Source: Cirrosporium novae-zelandiae
Taxonomy: Eukaryota
DNA: 64,000 nucleotides
Assembly: GCA_026023565.1 (NCBI GenBank)
Contig: JAPETS010000038.1
Span: 124,001 to 188,000 of the forward strand
Direction of reading: 5' to 3'
Both the position numbers and the translations under genes were made by a program. The notes under the pieces are model-generated. The model saw only the letters and a program-made list of their open reading frames with translations. It had not been told where the DNA came from and searched no databases. Shown here piece by piece: positions 34,591 to 49,300 of the stretch (positions are counted from its first letter, which is position 1; each line of letters opens with the position of its first letter).

Positions 34591-37500
34591 CTAATCTTCA
34601 GAGTCATATTCCTCGTCGGGCAGAAGTGCTCTATATCTCCTTGATGCAAGGTCTTCCTCCAAACCTCCGTCGGATTCTGGATCAATGTAACCTAAATTCA
34701 CCCACAAGTCAGCTTCAATTAACTAGAGAGTGAGACACGGGCTCACCTTCACCCCCCAAAAAACTCAACACTACTGGTAGAAATATTAGAGCATGGGTAG
34801 CCGCAAAGACTACCAACGCAAGCCAGATTCTGAAGTAGTATATCTCAAAGATCTTGCTTCTAGTGAAAGCAAGCACAATGACTCCGAGTAGTTTCGTAAT
34901 CGTTATCCCACTGAACACGCTGCCACCGACATTGACCAAGGCAGCCCAAGCTCGCGCATCCCTCCCTCTAAACTTGCTTTTTGCTCTTTCCATTAAAGGT
35001 TTCGAGGGAAACATAAAGGCACGGGCAATATGAGCACAGAACTCTACGCCGATTCCAACGCATATAACTAAGTTGACAAGAGAAACGGCATTGAGAGACA
35101 CATTAGCCACGGCCATGGTTCCAATGATATCAACCACAATCATTATTACAGTGAGAGTGACAACGGCACCAGTCGCCAGAGAACCTAAGATGGTGGAGGA
35201 TATAACAAAAATAAGTGCCATAGCAGACCCTAATAGAGTGCCGGTCAAGCGAATAATCGAAGCATACTGGTCGAAGAAAATGTAGAAGCTGGAATAGGGG
35301 AAGACATCAATATCTTGCGACTCGCTGATGCTTTTAGCGATCCGCCGGGCAGACGCATATGCATCGATGAAGTCGTCTTGGCCCCTAAGAGGAGTGTGAC
35401 TGGTCCGGAAATGACTCGCTGGAATAGTATTCCGTTCGGTATCAATAACTACAGCATTGCTATACGGAGCTTTTCCTCCTAGCGGGCAATCCTCATTTGT
35501 CGGTGAATCAATCCATTTCTTGGCATAATGGACAAACTCTTCACCTTGTGGCATACCGTACAGTGTCACATTCCATGGTTTTTTTCTGTCTTCAAAACAG
35601 ACTTTACCATTTTCTTTGCAGCAATTGTCGTTTTCTGGGTTGAGCCAGTTAAAGTAATCATCAATCCAACTAGCGGTAGCACCAGATATGTACGACACGT
35701 TGGGGCGCTTAGATTCTTGCTCCAGGACAGTTGCTAGGGAGAAAGAATGACAGGTTGAGAAACGCCCACAAAGCTCCTTCTGATGGTTCCGTGCCGTTAC
35801 GTTGAGTTCTCTGGTGACGAAGTAAACTGGGGGGCCAACATCAAAGTAGTCATAGATATCGTTAAAATAATTTATCAAATAGGAATCGCTTGGGAGCGCA
35901 ACCCTTTGATCAAGACCAAGAGCAACTTTAGGCATAAGAGCAACACCAGCCGCAAAGATACCAATGAAAACAACACAGACTCCTACTTTGACCTTGCGTT
36001 TGAGCAAGAACGGTGCGTATGTTTTCCGAATAAATCTCTGAAGAAAGCCCTCATCTTCAAGTCCATAGGTTTCACCCCCCGGTAGGAGACTGTCCGCACG
36101 CTTGATAGTAATGCATGGGAAGCAGTCTGCCCGTTGATGTTCGACCCGATGCTGATTTAAGGCAAGGCAGGCCACAAACATTGTCACTTGTAGGATAGCA
36201 TTGATCAACACAGCACCAGCTGCATAAACAGCAAAGTTTCTGACTGCTGGCATACCAACCACCGCACCAAGAGCAAATGCAACGGTTTCCGTGGTTGCTG
36301 AGAAGAGAATACTTGGTCCTATGCGCCCCAAGGCTTTGGCCACACGCAAATCGACTTCCTCATCCGGATGGCTGAGGTTAACCCTTTCAAACTCATGGCA
36401 AATGAGAAAAATGTTATCAACACCTACAGCAAGAACCAAGAATGGTATGACTTCTGCAATGATCAAGGTGACTTTGACACCGGCTGCTGAGAATAGACCA
36501 ACAGATGCTGAGACCGACATAAGGACGATAACGATTCCAATGATACCAAGCGAGAATTTTGATTGCACCAGCACATTGGCGGGATTGTTGACCAGTGATT
36601 GTTTTGTAAGCGCTGCCGAGCCAAGTGCCAAAGATGCATATAAAAACATGACAAGGTAGCTAATCACTACAATTTTGGCATCGGTATTCGTTGATTTGTT
36701 TAGTTCCTCTTCCACGCTGATCTCCGTTGAAAACGAAAGCCTTAAACCCTTTGCTTCCGCCTCATGTTGTACATCGTGAAGGATGTTCTTGAGACCAGCC
36801 TCCCAGCTCATGGCTCGTGCTTCTGCTTCACTACCTTCTGCATGATTGCTCACTACCCACGTAACAATTAGAGCTTCCGAATCAAGGGCATCACCAGTCT
36901 TTTGCCAGCCACCTAAAATCATAGACTTTTGCAAAGGCTGCTGGAATCCGGGTAAACACTCCTGGCTTCCCGGTTGCTCGGTACAGTGACGCAAATCATC
37001 TTTCCATGTATCAGGATCCACACTTGAAAAAGACCCATCAAAATAACCTGTTACTGACTGGACAACACATGCTGCACCTGTCGGGTTGAAGCAAACGTCA
37101 TCGATGGTGTCGTTATTCGCAGATTTCATTCTGCGAATCCGACTTTCGACGTCAAACCACCATTCCAGAGTATCGTAGCTAAGAACAGGTCCAGGACCTG
37201 CTGGGTTCGTATCGTTAACAAGGAATGCCTGCTCCGCACGATAAAACGGCCCAAAATTCGAGTCGAAGAAATTCTTTTCTTCGGCAGCGGAAGACGTAGG
37301 GCTGACCCATAACCTGACAGGATTCTTTTCGATCGCAAAGTTCATCCAACCTAGGCTGAGCAACCCAACAAAGATAATGCTGATGCTGATAGTCAAAGCA
37401 GGATATCGAGCACAAATTCCTCCGAGTTTGCTGAATACCCTATCAAGGGCTGAATTGAGTGGATAATTTCTGGCTGGTCTGTCTAATAGTCCTGCATTGT

Positions 37501-38517
37501 GGACAAGGCCAACCTCATCGTCTTCATCATCACTCGGAACAACATCGTGAAGTAGCTGTAGACGTTCACTTTTGCGCTGGTTATGTTTTTCGTAGGCGGC
37601 ACGACCCACAATTGTCGCAACAAGGACTGCAACAAATATAGAATAAATGATTATAACTGCAAATGAGAGGCAAGGCAGAACACCGACATTGCAATATTCT
37701 TGTTCCGTGACCTTGGGCAATTCAGGACATGAGCCTGCACAGTCGACACATGAGCAACGATAGGCTTCATCGGTGCTGTTACATGCTTTTGGTTCCCCAT
37801 CGAATGCCTTCATACCATCAATTTCCCTACCAGCAGGTCGAGGGAAGTTCATCTGGAAAGGGCTTCCAAGGAAAGGCTTCTTGTCCCCCAAGAACTTCAG
37901 GAAAGCAGTATAATTCTGAGCCCCCCCACCAATGAAATCCATTGCTTTCCCGCCAGATGCACCAAGTTTGACATCTTTACAACTGTCGTAGAAGCCACTG
38001 CCATATTGATCAGATATCAAGTTATCCAACTCAGTTACGATTGTTTTGCCGGAAGTAGACTTTTTTGTAGATGTCACGTTCACAAACAGCGACTGGTCAG
38101 GAGAGCAGGTAAATACGCAGAATGTATTGAAGAAATTTTCACGACAGGCGGGGCAAGCCGATATTATACCCTCGGCTTTGCCTAGATTAGAGCGCAACAC
38201 ATCGAGCTATTGTGCTCATAAGTTAGAAATTAACCAAGATAACTGATGTTTGATATTACCTGTTCTTCTATGCAGCATATTGGGCCCGTAGACCATTTTG
38301 CACCACATATATCGACGAGTTTCTTTCGAACATCTGCACTTGGATCTTCGGCCAAACCATTATCCGGGCATGGCAATTGACTGCCAAAAAGTGACTCTTT
38401 CCCACATTGTCCTCTTAAAGCACATCTGCCCTTCTCGTGTATGTCAGTCCAACCTTCGTCTGCGGCTACGAAGTTCGTGAGAGGCAGCAGCAGTGCAAGT
38501 GTCAATAATCGACGCAT
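34591..38517 (-). CDS. NCR1: Niemann-Pick C1-like sterol transporter (Patched family)
   Basis: Exons 38517-38260, 38206-34747, 34691-34591; signal peptide, Cys-rich NTD (CPACRENF..CSPDQSLF), sterol-sensing domain EVIPFLVLAVGVDNIF, GIGVEFCAH. Confidence 0.96.
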
Positions 38518-40314
38518 AATTTAGAACGGCGTATTGTAGGACCTAGGGCCAGGGAAGAGAAATTTATCTGAATTTGATGTTTGAATTCTTGGAAGGCTCA
38601 GAGACAGAGCTCAGAATTCAAATAAAACTCAAATAAATCTTGATTTCCTAATCATACCGAACCTTGTTGGATTGGCAGAGATCACAGCAAAATAACAGCT
38701 CAGACCTATAAAAGAGAGCGGTAGAGAGTAAAAAGGGTGAAGATCACTCGGATGATTCCAGTGATGGAATTTGAGTGAATATAATTGTTTTCAAAAGAGA
38801 AAAGGAACAGTTGGTGATAGATGGACTGATGAAGATGAAGAAGGTCGGTTGTCAATGATGAGGTAGCTAAGTGACTAGCTACGTTGTAGTCTAAGGTACA
38901 ACAATAGCGTCATGCGGCTTGCCCGTTCCGTGTGGGGGGTGATCTTGTGGAGGCCTGAGGCAATGGGGCTACATAACCTAGAAAATGTTTATATCAAACC
39001 ATCTTGAACATCAGTATAACCATCAAGACCTTTGATCTTGAATAATACCACATTTTCAAAAAAGAAAACAAATTTTAAGAGTTAAATTCTTGCTTTACTC
39101 CAAACACCATGACTAATCGAAGATCTTAGCCTTGCTCGAGTAAACAACAAGGAATAGCGGCACCTAAATCCCTCCATGATATGCAAGGAACAATGGAACA
39201 AAGCGATGCACATCCCAGATTACAGGTTAATCAGCATTTCTATACTTTCGAAAGTATGACTTCATGTGATCACTGTTTTGCAATGGTTTTAGTTCTGTTG
39301 CAGCACCTTCAGCCACTGAGGATAATCATCACCATGGATTGGATCGCTAACTATAGGGCATTGAAGGCGATCCCAGTATGTCTTTGGGTAGCATTGTGTT
39401 TGAGCAAGTTGCCAGTCTTCATCTCATAGAGCTATTTTTCCCAGTAGTGGACCACCACGAATCCTGTTGTTGATGGAAAACAACAATATTCGGCTAATTA
39501 ATTAGCAGATTCAACGTGCATGGGTAGACATAGCGTAACTGAAAAGCCAACACTTAGATGGCTTTGTCCTTGATTTAGTGATCTTCTCACTACCAGGAGA
39601 GATGCCGGCATTTTTGTCCATCGGGTGGGGTTTACATGAACTCTTCAGTCATTGCAAGTTAAAGCGGGAATTCTGCAGCTAGTGTCGTCCAACTTATGAA
39701 TTTAGCTGGGGATGATTAATATTGCTCCTCCCATGACAAGCAGGAAGTTTATGTTGCATCCTTTTAACCGGCCTGCATCCTTAGAATGAACACTACTACA
39801 GCTTTCTAGTTACTTAAAAAAAACAAATCAAAGTTGTCATTTCTTATGTTTTGTATTCAAGTTCAATTTCATTTATTCACTATGCTAAAGAAAATGCTAT
39901 CAAGAAAACGCCAATTTATATTCATTCTGTAGTTGTTGTGATATATTGCTCGCCACCAGCTATTTTGCCCTAGTTCGACGGTACAACTTGAGAAAGGAAA
40001 GGATGTTTTCTAAAAAAGAAAGTCTCAGCGATGGTCGAAATATTGGCTGCTATTGGCAACGACATGCAAAGTATATCGATATGAATTGTTTTCCTTCGCT
40101 TCCTCGAACTGCTTTCATATGTCCCGAAAACTTCGGGACGCCCCGGTCTCGTTCTGATTTCTAGGTAGCCTCGTATTTAGCAGTTTTTGAAACTGGCGCT
40201 TGACGTGGCTCCCGATGAATGCAGATGATTTTCTTACATCAGAGACTCAAACTGATTGATCACTTCTTAGCTATTGCAGGTGATGTAATCATGTTTCGAT
40301 CTGCTTAATCAAAA

Positions 40315-42549
40315 TCAGCTTCGGGATGATTGGGATCGTATCAAACACGAACCCTGCATAGCGAGGTCCTCCCGGATAGCTGCCCTTCTGAGCTCTTCAT
40401 CTTCACTGCTGCAGTCTCCAAACACCAGGTCCATCTGCTCCAAGGTACGACCCTTCGTTTCTGGAACGAAGAAGAATGTCCATATACCTGCCAGGAAACA
40501 GAAGATGGCGAAAAAGGTATATGCCCCGTATCCTGTATTTTGAACAAGGGGTGGCGTGATCAAACCCTATTTGTTGTCAGTTAAAAAAATCTCATTCATG
40601 GAAGAAGAAGCGCTTACAATTATGAAGTTGTTAAGCCAATTGGAGCAAGTGGTCAGTGCTACTCCCTTAGCTCGGTGCGACGAGGGGAATATCTCTGTTC
40701 TCATGTTAAAAAGCAAGTCTGGAAGTGTAATGCAACTCTAGCTTACCTGCTGGAAGGGCCCAGGGTACCGGTCCCCAGCTGGCACCAAATGCAAGCATAT
40801 AAAATAAGAGGAAAGCGACGCTGACCCATCCTTCGGTTCGATGAGCAGGCCAATTATCGGAGAATTTCCCCACCAAGGCAGCAATAATGATATGCGAGAT
40901 TGTCATGAAGAACGCTCCAACAAGAAGAAGCAGTCGTCGACCGGCTTTGTCCATGGTCCAGAGACTAGAAGTGACACCGATGAGCTGTGTAACGTTTAAA
41001 ACCCCAGACATGATCAATCGCATGTTGTAGTCAAGGCCCATTGATTGGAACAGAGTGGGTGCTTTGTCAAATGTGTTAGCTAAGTAACATGACTCAAGTT
41101 GAGAAAGACCATTTACTCACAATAGTAGATCAGAGCATTGATTCCGACGAACTGTGGAAAAGGCTTAATAAAATGGACATCGAAGCATATTTGGACTTAA
41201 CTTACCTGCTGAAAGAACATGAGCATAACCCCCACGTGGGTTCTTTTCAGACAACCTGGTCTAAAGCAATCGCCCCAGGATGCAATCTCAAGCTTAGCAC
41301 GGCTCATAATGTCTTTATTCTGCAAATTAGGATGGCGTGAAGCGGCAACTTCCTTGTGGAAAGCAACCTCTGCTCGAATATCAAACCATTCTTTTTGCAC
41401 ACGCGAGTCTGTAGTTGGAAGCCTGCGTAGTTTAGCTATGGTTTGAAGTGCCTCATCTGTGCGGTCTTTCGAAGCTAGCCACCGAGGAGAGAATGGAAGA
41501 TAGATGGTGCCAAATGCTAAGAGGAATCCCGGAATCATCTGCAGCAAGAATGGGAGCCGCCAAGACCATTCGTCACTCTGTCAAAGATTTAATTAGCGAT
41601 TTCAACCTCAAAAGTTTCTCGTTTTCTTTGGCTTACCATATATCGTGTTCCAAAGGTGATCCAGTAGGAGATGACAATTCCGGAGACAATGCTAAACTCT
41701 TCTAGGACCAGGAGAGACCCTCTGATCTCTGGAGGACTGATCTCGGAGATATATAAGGGAGCAACCATACTCAGCCTGGAGAAGCTTAGTATATTTTTCA
41801 GTATTTAGCAGGGTCAAGAATATATACATTCCAATTCCCATACCACCTATTAATCGTGCAATAGTAAGCATAGCATAGTTCATGGCCGCAGTCTGAAGAA
41901 TACTGCCAATGGTGAAGATGAAGACTGCTATGAGGATGGAGTATCTCCTAGAATACTACATTGAATTAGTCAATATTGAATCTTGCCTTGGGGCCAGTCT
42001 TTTCTAACCTTATCCGCAATCCAGCCTTGATTAAAAGCGCCTGTAGATAGATGTAATGATTAGAATCACATGCAAACAAAGAATGAGCTTTTCATACCGA
42101 TAAGTGCCCCAAGTTCAATCATTGCAGTTAGAAAACCCTTCCAGAAGCCGGCCCCAGAAGCGGTTTCAGCAACCCTCCCGAAACGGTCAAGGAATTGAGG
42201 CATGACAAGAATCACGGAAACGACACCTTGACTAATAGAGAGGATTGGCAATTGTCTATCAATGGCAAACAGAATTTCTTACTCGTAACCAAAAAGCATG
42301 CCACCAAGGGCAGAGAAAGCGGCGCACGCTGCTACATAGGAATTGGAAAAAACGCCATGGAATCCTAGAATACCTCAGTCTAATTCCCTACAAGAGAGAA
42401 GCAGGAGGGATCTTACCAGGAGGACCGTAAGGTTCCCCAGTCGACCAAATGTCTTCATGATGTGTGGTGAACCTTTCAGCAGGATCAGCAGGATCAGCAG
42501 GTGGAAGACTAGCCTCAGCTATTTTGTTCTGGTTCTCGTTAACACCCAT
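40315..42549 (-). CDS. MFS sugar porter, about 10 introns
   Basis: ATG 42549; spliced motifs LGGMLFGYDQGV, YISEISPPEIRG, PFSPRWL, FFQQFVGINALIYY, SWGPVPW, VPETKGRTLE; substrate cannot be determined. Confidence 0.92.
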
Positions 42550-43307
42550 TTTGGAGTATCAAATGGTGTAAGATGTTCTTGGGGAAAGCAAGAGAAAGTT
42601 GGGTTGAAGAGAAACGACTAGATATTGAAGGGTGACAAGCACACTCTATTATACCCGTTCTTATTTTCTTATCCGCGCCTGTGCGGGACAAGCTTACCAT
42701 GTTAAATCACACGATAACATATTGGTTACTCGATTTAGTAGCCTTCTGCATCGAAGACCATCCATACTTTTCCAGCTTATTCTTTACAGGACCGAACCTT
42801 CCAAAAACCACAAAAGCGGTAAATTTACAGACAGTGAGATCTCTAGACCTCGGGACAAAATTGGACCCTACTGATTTGCCCTGAAAGACCAGTGCCCATT
42901 CTACTTTGTACACTAGCAAAGGATCCCGTGTAGTCCGACGCCCTGTCCACAAAGTCAATGAGTGTTTGGCCTTTGGAGAATTCGGGTGGGTCTAACCCGC
43001 GAGCGATGTGAATTGTACTGGCTGAAAAAGGAAAACAACGTACTTTGTATGGGTCCAGATAGTCGTCACGTTGCTTTGTTTTACTGGTATTGATCGATGC
43101 ATAGAAACAATCCAATGTCTCGAACCAGGTCGAATTTGAAGAAGATGAAGATTTCAAGATATCTAGGTAGTTATCTGATTTTAACTTGACCAAGTCTTGA
43201 TATTTTACATTGGTTCTTATATATTTATTGATTTTATATTTTTTTTTACCCAGAGACTTGTAACTCTACAAGGCCTTTTCCCTTGAACCATCATGAAGTA
43301 TGTACCG

Positions 43308-43490
43308 TACTGTACTGTACATGTACAGTATAGGTGTACATCGATGAGGATGCTGGCGTAAGTACAGTACAACTGGTATCTTCCATGTCCCCACTAGTCA
43401 AAATGCTCATCTAACTACATTTGTCCAAGACCAACTGAACTTTTACACAAACGTAATGGAAAGGTACTTGTACATGTACAGTACAACTGA
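43308..43490. repeat. TACATGTA/TACAGTA-rich palindromic cluster
   Basis: Perfect 18-bp palindrome TACTGTACATGTACAGTA at 43313-43330; GTACAGTACAACTG repeated near 43362 and 43476. Confidence 0.7.
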
Positions 43491-43974
43491 ACAGTGCCAT
43501 GGGTGCATCGATTTATGTTCAATGACAATTAATGCTCCACCAATTATATTGAACCCATAATATGCATAAAATATTAGATTTCCAAATTCTGCCATCGCCC
43601 GTCGTTCTTCTGGTTTTCAACGGGGTGATCATCCAATAAGGACCGATCTCACTCCTTCCCCTCCTACATCGAAATCCCCAACCCCTCCATCCATCGTCAC
43701 CAAAGTCCCTCTATCTGATTGCTACCTGCAAAGGGGCATCTACAACTACATCTGTTAATACCCTTTCTGCCGCAAAATCCTTCTGATTATTTTGTCCCTC
43801 TTGGAGGGATCTTGAGATTTGTTACTTATCGGCCTTTTCCGTTCTAGATCGTCATTTTCTTCGGCACATCCACTTCATACCCGAGGCATCTACTGCGCAT
43901 CGTCTACCTGGCTCGAAACGTGCTGGGATATACACCTGCCGACGAAGCCAATAATCAATCTATCACTATTCATC

Positions 43975-44454
43975 ATGTCTACATTTCTTGAAGATTTGTG
44001 GAACTCCGTCTTTACTCCTGGAACCACTCCTACCCTCCTTGTCGCAACCAACGCATCATTTGCGGCACTGCAATTTGTACTTCTGCTTCTGCTTGTCGCA
44101 ACCTATAGCATCCACTTCCTCATACTCTCGATTTTATGTGGAGGTTTGTGGTGGGCTATAAACTGGTTCGTTGCCGAGTTGAGCAGAGCCCAGGACCAGG
44201 AAGCAGCCAAGGAAGAGAGGAAGCAGAAGGAACCTATTGTTCCTCGAGAGTCAAATGAAAGCGATACTGAAACAGAGGCTCCCGATTCGAAAGAGCAGAT
44301 CAAGCGAGAAGAGAGAACAGTTGATGTAACCCTGAAACCTCCCACTCCTGGGCCAGCTCTCAAAAAACGAGAAAACGTGAGGGAACGATCTGGATATGTG
44401 AGCACGGATAGTGAATGGGAGAAAGTCGACGACAGCGACGATAAAGATAAATGA
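43975..44454 (+). CDS. PKR1: ER V-ATPase assembly factor Pkr1
   Basis: MSTFLEDLWNSVFTPGTTPTLLVATNASF..SIHF..LWWAINWFVAEL, two TMs, acidic tail STDSEWEKV. Confidence 0.9.
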   Translation: MSTFLEDLWNSVFTPGTTPTLLVATNASFAALQFVLLLLLVATYSIHFLILSILCGGLWWAINWFVAELSRAQDQEAAKEERKQKEPIVPRESNESDTETEAPDSKEQIKREERTVDVTLKPPTPGPALKKRENVRERSGYVSTDSEWEKVDDSDDKDK

Positions 44455-45041
44455 GGATATCGCTATTTTTGTGGCTGAGCTAAGCAAGATATGCGTATAC
44501 ATGGCAGGGCAAACTGAGAGCCTGTCTGTTCAAACTGGTTGACACGGATTACGAATATCTAACTTGAGGAAGGATATGATAGCTCAGGTGTTATTACGGA
44601 TACTCCATATACCCCATCCTTATGTTTATATGAATTTTGAATGAGATTTCATGTTAAATGAATCAGTCAAGTCTAGTCTAGAATATTTCACCCATAGACC
44701 AACCTATTGATAGTTACAACTTGTATAGAATAACTTTTGGATATCAGTAATATTGGTTTGAAGGTTGTTGATTCCCATTATCGTAGGGGGTTTTCTAGGC
44801 TAAAGTACAGAATAATTTGATAATTCATGTACTGGCTATAACTAGGTAACTACATAGTAGGTAACTTGGTACACTCGAGAGCATGTCTTTGAACACCGGA
44901 GCTAATTTAATCCGTAGCTAAACTTCGCTGTTTGGCTTCCAAGAGTTTTTGGCGACCGCAAGACACAACAAGCTGTTACTACTCACCAGGTGGAGCTATT
45001 TCATCCGAATTAAATACGTACGTCTTGATGCTGGAGGCACC

Positions 45042-45587
45042 ATGAAGCTTGTCCGGTGAGTCTTTCTTTGAATTTCAGCTTAGAGCCTCATCGCTGAACA
45101 TCCTTTTGCCCAAGGCCTCAACGACAAATCTCGTGAACCTAACTGACTCCAATCGTTCTGCTTAGATTTCTTATGAAATGTGCCAACGAGACAGTCACCA
45201 TTGAGCTTAAAAATGGTATTCCTTGCTCTTGCCCCGTCCATTTCATAAACTCATAGCGCTCGTTTCATAGGTACTATTCTCCACGGCACAATCGCCTCAG
45301 TCTCTCCTCAAATGAACACCGCTCTTCGTTCTGTCAAAATGACCCCCAAAGGTCGTGATACCATCTCTCTCGACACCATCAATATACGGGGATCTACTAT
45401 TAGATACTACATTCTCCCCGACAGCCTTCCGTTAGATACATTACTGATCGACGACGCGCCCAAACCTAAGAATAAAGCACGCAAGGAGGCTGCAGACCGT
45501 GGTGGACGTGGCGGTAGAGGCGGCGGCGGTGGTATCAGAGGGAGAGGGAGAGGAAGAGGAAGGGGGCGCGGGGGAAGGGGCTTCTAG
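45042..45587 (+). CDS. SMD1: Small nuclear ribonucleoprotein Sm D1
   Basis: Exons 45042-45055, 45166-45215, 45271-45587; [44 protein letters not shown] plus RG-repeat tail. Confidence 0.97.
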
Positions 45588-46372
45588 GCGGCACTTGGTC
45601 AACGTTTATTGCGTTGTTGACGAAACTGGTTTATATAAAAAGATTCGAGGGTATACTTGGGAAAAGAATGTTAATTCTTGCATGCCATGTCAAGCATTCA
45701 CCCTACGGGCTCTTATACCATACCTATCTAATTTGAAAGATGGGCTAAAGTCTGCTGCAAATAATCAAGGTGAGCTTCGATGGGTTACCAAACCTTTATC
45801 CAAGTCTAGGAAAGCGGAGTTCAATTCCTAAGGGCAAGTACCCGTGGTAGGTAGTCGGTCTTCAAAAATCGATTAATGATTTTTTAGTAAAGACCAATCA
45901 TTTTTAGCAGTCAATGACTATTCCCTAAACGCAATCCTATAACTTCTTAGACACTTTCTTTCTTGAATGGGGTTTTCTCGCGTTTTCTACTGTTCTCCAT
46001 GAACCCTATCCGAAAACTTAGCTTGGACGGATTCAACCTGAACGAGAGTTGAAAAAAAGTTACCAATATAAGATCGGAACTAACTGTTTTTTCCTATTTA
46101 TAATACTACGAATGAACTAGCGACTTTGTATATTTGCCCTGGTCTGGTGGTTGGATTTTGATGGTTCAGGGTTGTAGCCAGGTTTTCAAAGCGAACCAGT
46201 TCAGTCGGAGAACTACCTAGGTAGCCTTCAGAGGGGATTATAGGATAGTCTATTTGTTGCTAGAGTCATGATAGCCGTTAATTTCTACCTAAGGTACGTT
46301 ATTCTAGACGCCTACTATGTAACATTCAAAGTGTTGAGTTGGAACAAGGTACCCACTCGCTCCTTCCTTATC

Positions 46373-49300
46373 ATGTTCCTTTCATATCAAACTCAGATCT
46401 TATACGTGATAGGACTCTCTGCACTAGCTGCCACAATTGTGACCTCACTTTTGGGGTACTTTCAAGACATCATGCAGACTGATGAAGATCTCGACAATTG
46501 TGTTACTTATGTAGCAGAAACAGAACTCGAAGACGTCGAACCCAGGGATCCTTCCCTAACGGCCAAACGTCTGGACGCATCTATACTACCCATTTTTTCC
46601 TACATCTCACGGCCCACGGAAGAAACTTCGAGTCGATTGCCCTTCAGGTTTGGAAAGGCAGAGATTCCCAAGGGTGGTTATTCACGCAAGCCAGGCCAGT
46701 TTACTCAGCGGAGAGTACCTGAGTCGGATAAACTAGTCTCACTTTCGTCTTCTAAAGTGGAGATATGTCGTGTGGGTGAAGTAGCTGGTTCTTCTGTTGA
46801 GAGAGAATCGTAAGTCATAGATGACTATATTATCATTTGTGGGGTACTAACTTTTGGTAGCCCGACATCTGAAGTTGGTCAACCTAAGAGTCATTTACCT
46901 ATCGATCAGTTGTCTGGCTCACCGCCATTGTTGCGGCGTAAAATAGGAGATCCGTCTCCTGAAGACCCCCAAGAGATTACGGCCCAGCACCAAGATGGTA
47001 AATATGTTGTCGTTCTTGAAGACTCGCTACAACCTACTGAGAAGCAAGCACCTCCCGAGAGTCCTCCAAAGAGCATTTCACCTAACGAACTCGGTTTCAC
47101 TCCGAATGTTAACGAACAACATCATAGTGCTGGGTCTGCTGAAGTTCAGGCCCTAGCTGAGATTTATGAGGATGAAGCTGATCAAGTTCCTTCCCAGAAT
47201 ACTCAAAGACAAGATCAGGGGAGGGAGAAGTTTACTCCTTCACGTATTAACTATGATTTAACCGAGCCTGAAACAGGAGTTTCTGTGGAAGCACCGCCTG
47301 AACAATTCTTGCCTTCAGAGCATAGCTTTCAGGAGGATGGAGCTCGATCTCCAAACTTCCTTCAAGAGCGTCAATACTTTACACCTCCTCGAAATTCTCC
47401 TATAAATCAGCCAACGACTTGGAAGGTCTCGAAAGGACCGCAACCATCAAAAAGATATCGAAATACAGGTTCGAACGTGTTAACAGCCGAACAACCAAAG
47501 CTACCTTCAACCGAGGATCTCATTGATTTGCTGATTGTCCGACAGCAATCTATCCGAAGAAATCACCAACGAGCTCTAGCTGAGCGGAAGGCCTTGGAAG
47601 CAAAAATTGCTCATTTAGCCAAAGAGAATGGCGTCTTGCTGAGGCAGCTTCAGGAAGCGTCAGAAACATCAATTGCGCAGCAGGATTCCTTGAAACAGTA
47701 TCGAGAGAAGACAGAAGTCTTTCGTAGCAAGATAGAGAACATGAAAAAGTTTCTTCGAGGTATTGGTAAAGATCGTGATACCCTCCAGAACCAAGCCACT
47801 GAATTTCATCAATCTTCACAGCTCATTTTAGCTTTAAAAGAGGAGATTAGGGGGCTGAAAAATGATCTAATTAGGCTGGATGATTCTCTGAAGGCACAAA
47901 AGAGCGATCTGCAGCAGGATCGGACATTGAAGGCAAAATTCGATCTGATGAGCGTCAACCTTGCAGAGAAATCGAGTCTCCTAGCGACAGAACAGACCCG
48001 GGTCAAGAAGCTTGAAGCCCTTTTTCTTCGAGCGGATGAACGCAACCGGCATTGGGTCGACCTTTTGAACAGTCATCAAAGTACCCTACGCTTGGAACTA
48101 TCAAGAATACATGATACCATTAGGAGATCATCAACAGATGACTTCGTGGATAAGTTTGGAGATTTAGTGCGGATCCAAGAAAAGCTTGAGAGCTGTATCA
48201 CTCAGATTACTACGACAAATAAACCAGTTCGCATTGCTTCAGATGACATGAATCGTCTCGAGAATGCAGCAAAGGATATATTCCAGGGGTAAGCTTACAA
48301 CCAGATCAAGTTGTTATCTCCGCCATTTCCCCCTACAAATCCCCTGAATATAATGTTTCTGTTTACTTTACCTATAGCTTAGACCGGGCTTGAAATACAT
48401 TAGCTAATGCTTATTTTCTCATCTTTCATGTTACCAAGAATAATCTAACAATTCGTTTTAAACTATTTAGTCTACGATCAATCTTCAAATGTTCTCACGA
48501 TGCCAGGAATGAGAACTCAGAAGCAGCCAAACATATAGAAGACCAATTCATAAGTCAATTCTCCGCCCTGAAATCATTTTTTGAAAGTGTACAGAATCAA
48601 TCAGATGTGATATCTGAGCTTTGTACTGAACGCGCCTGCCTCTCTGAGAATTTGGAAAATACCAAGTCGAGCTTAGCTGAAGTTCGTGTCCAACACCAAA
48701 AGTCTGAAGTTAATGAGAAGCAACTAAAGGATAGACTAATGGATATGAGTTGCTTTGCTCAACTGCTTAATCACCAACAGAAGTCGGCTGAACCAGAATA
48801 TTCAGAGCGTCTCCGAGAAGCAGAGAAAATAAATGTAGCATTGAAAGAAGACTTAGGTTCTCTCAGAACAGTTGCATCCCAGAAAACCAAATCCCTGGAA
48901 ACGAAGGATGAAGAAATACTACAGCTACGGGTAGCTGTAGATGCGGTAACTCAAGATCTTAAGGATGCCCGCGATAGTATATCCTGCCTAGATAGTGAGA
49001 AGGCTACTCTCCTGAAGGACTGCGATAAGCGATATGAGGATCTTCGCAAAGAATTTAGCAATACTGCTACCAAGAAAGCGAGGGAGCAGGACTCGCGGCT
49101 GCATAATGCCCATACTCAACTGAAGGCTGTCCAAGCTTCCTTCAAAGACACACAATTTTCATTGGAGGATGCACAATGCCAACTAGAGAGAGCCAAAGAG
49201 GTAGCTAAAACTCTCCAGAAGAAACTATCTACCCAGGAATCAGAGCACTCTCAGGGAATTTCTGCAGCGAATGAGAAATCCAATGAATTTATTAGAATAT

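Noticed and set aside
42707..43193. Overlapping 116-aa and 83-aa minus-strand ORFs
   Set aside because: Non-ATG starts, no motifs; lie in the sugar-porter upstream region
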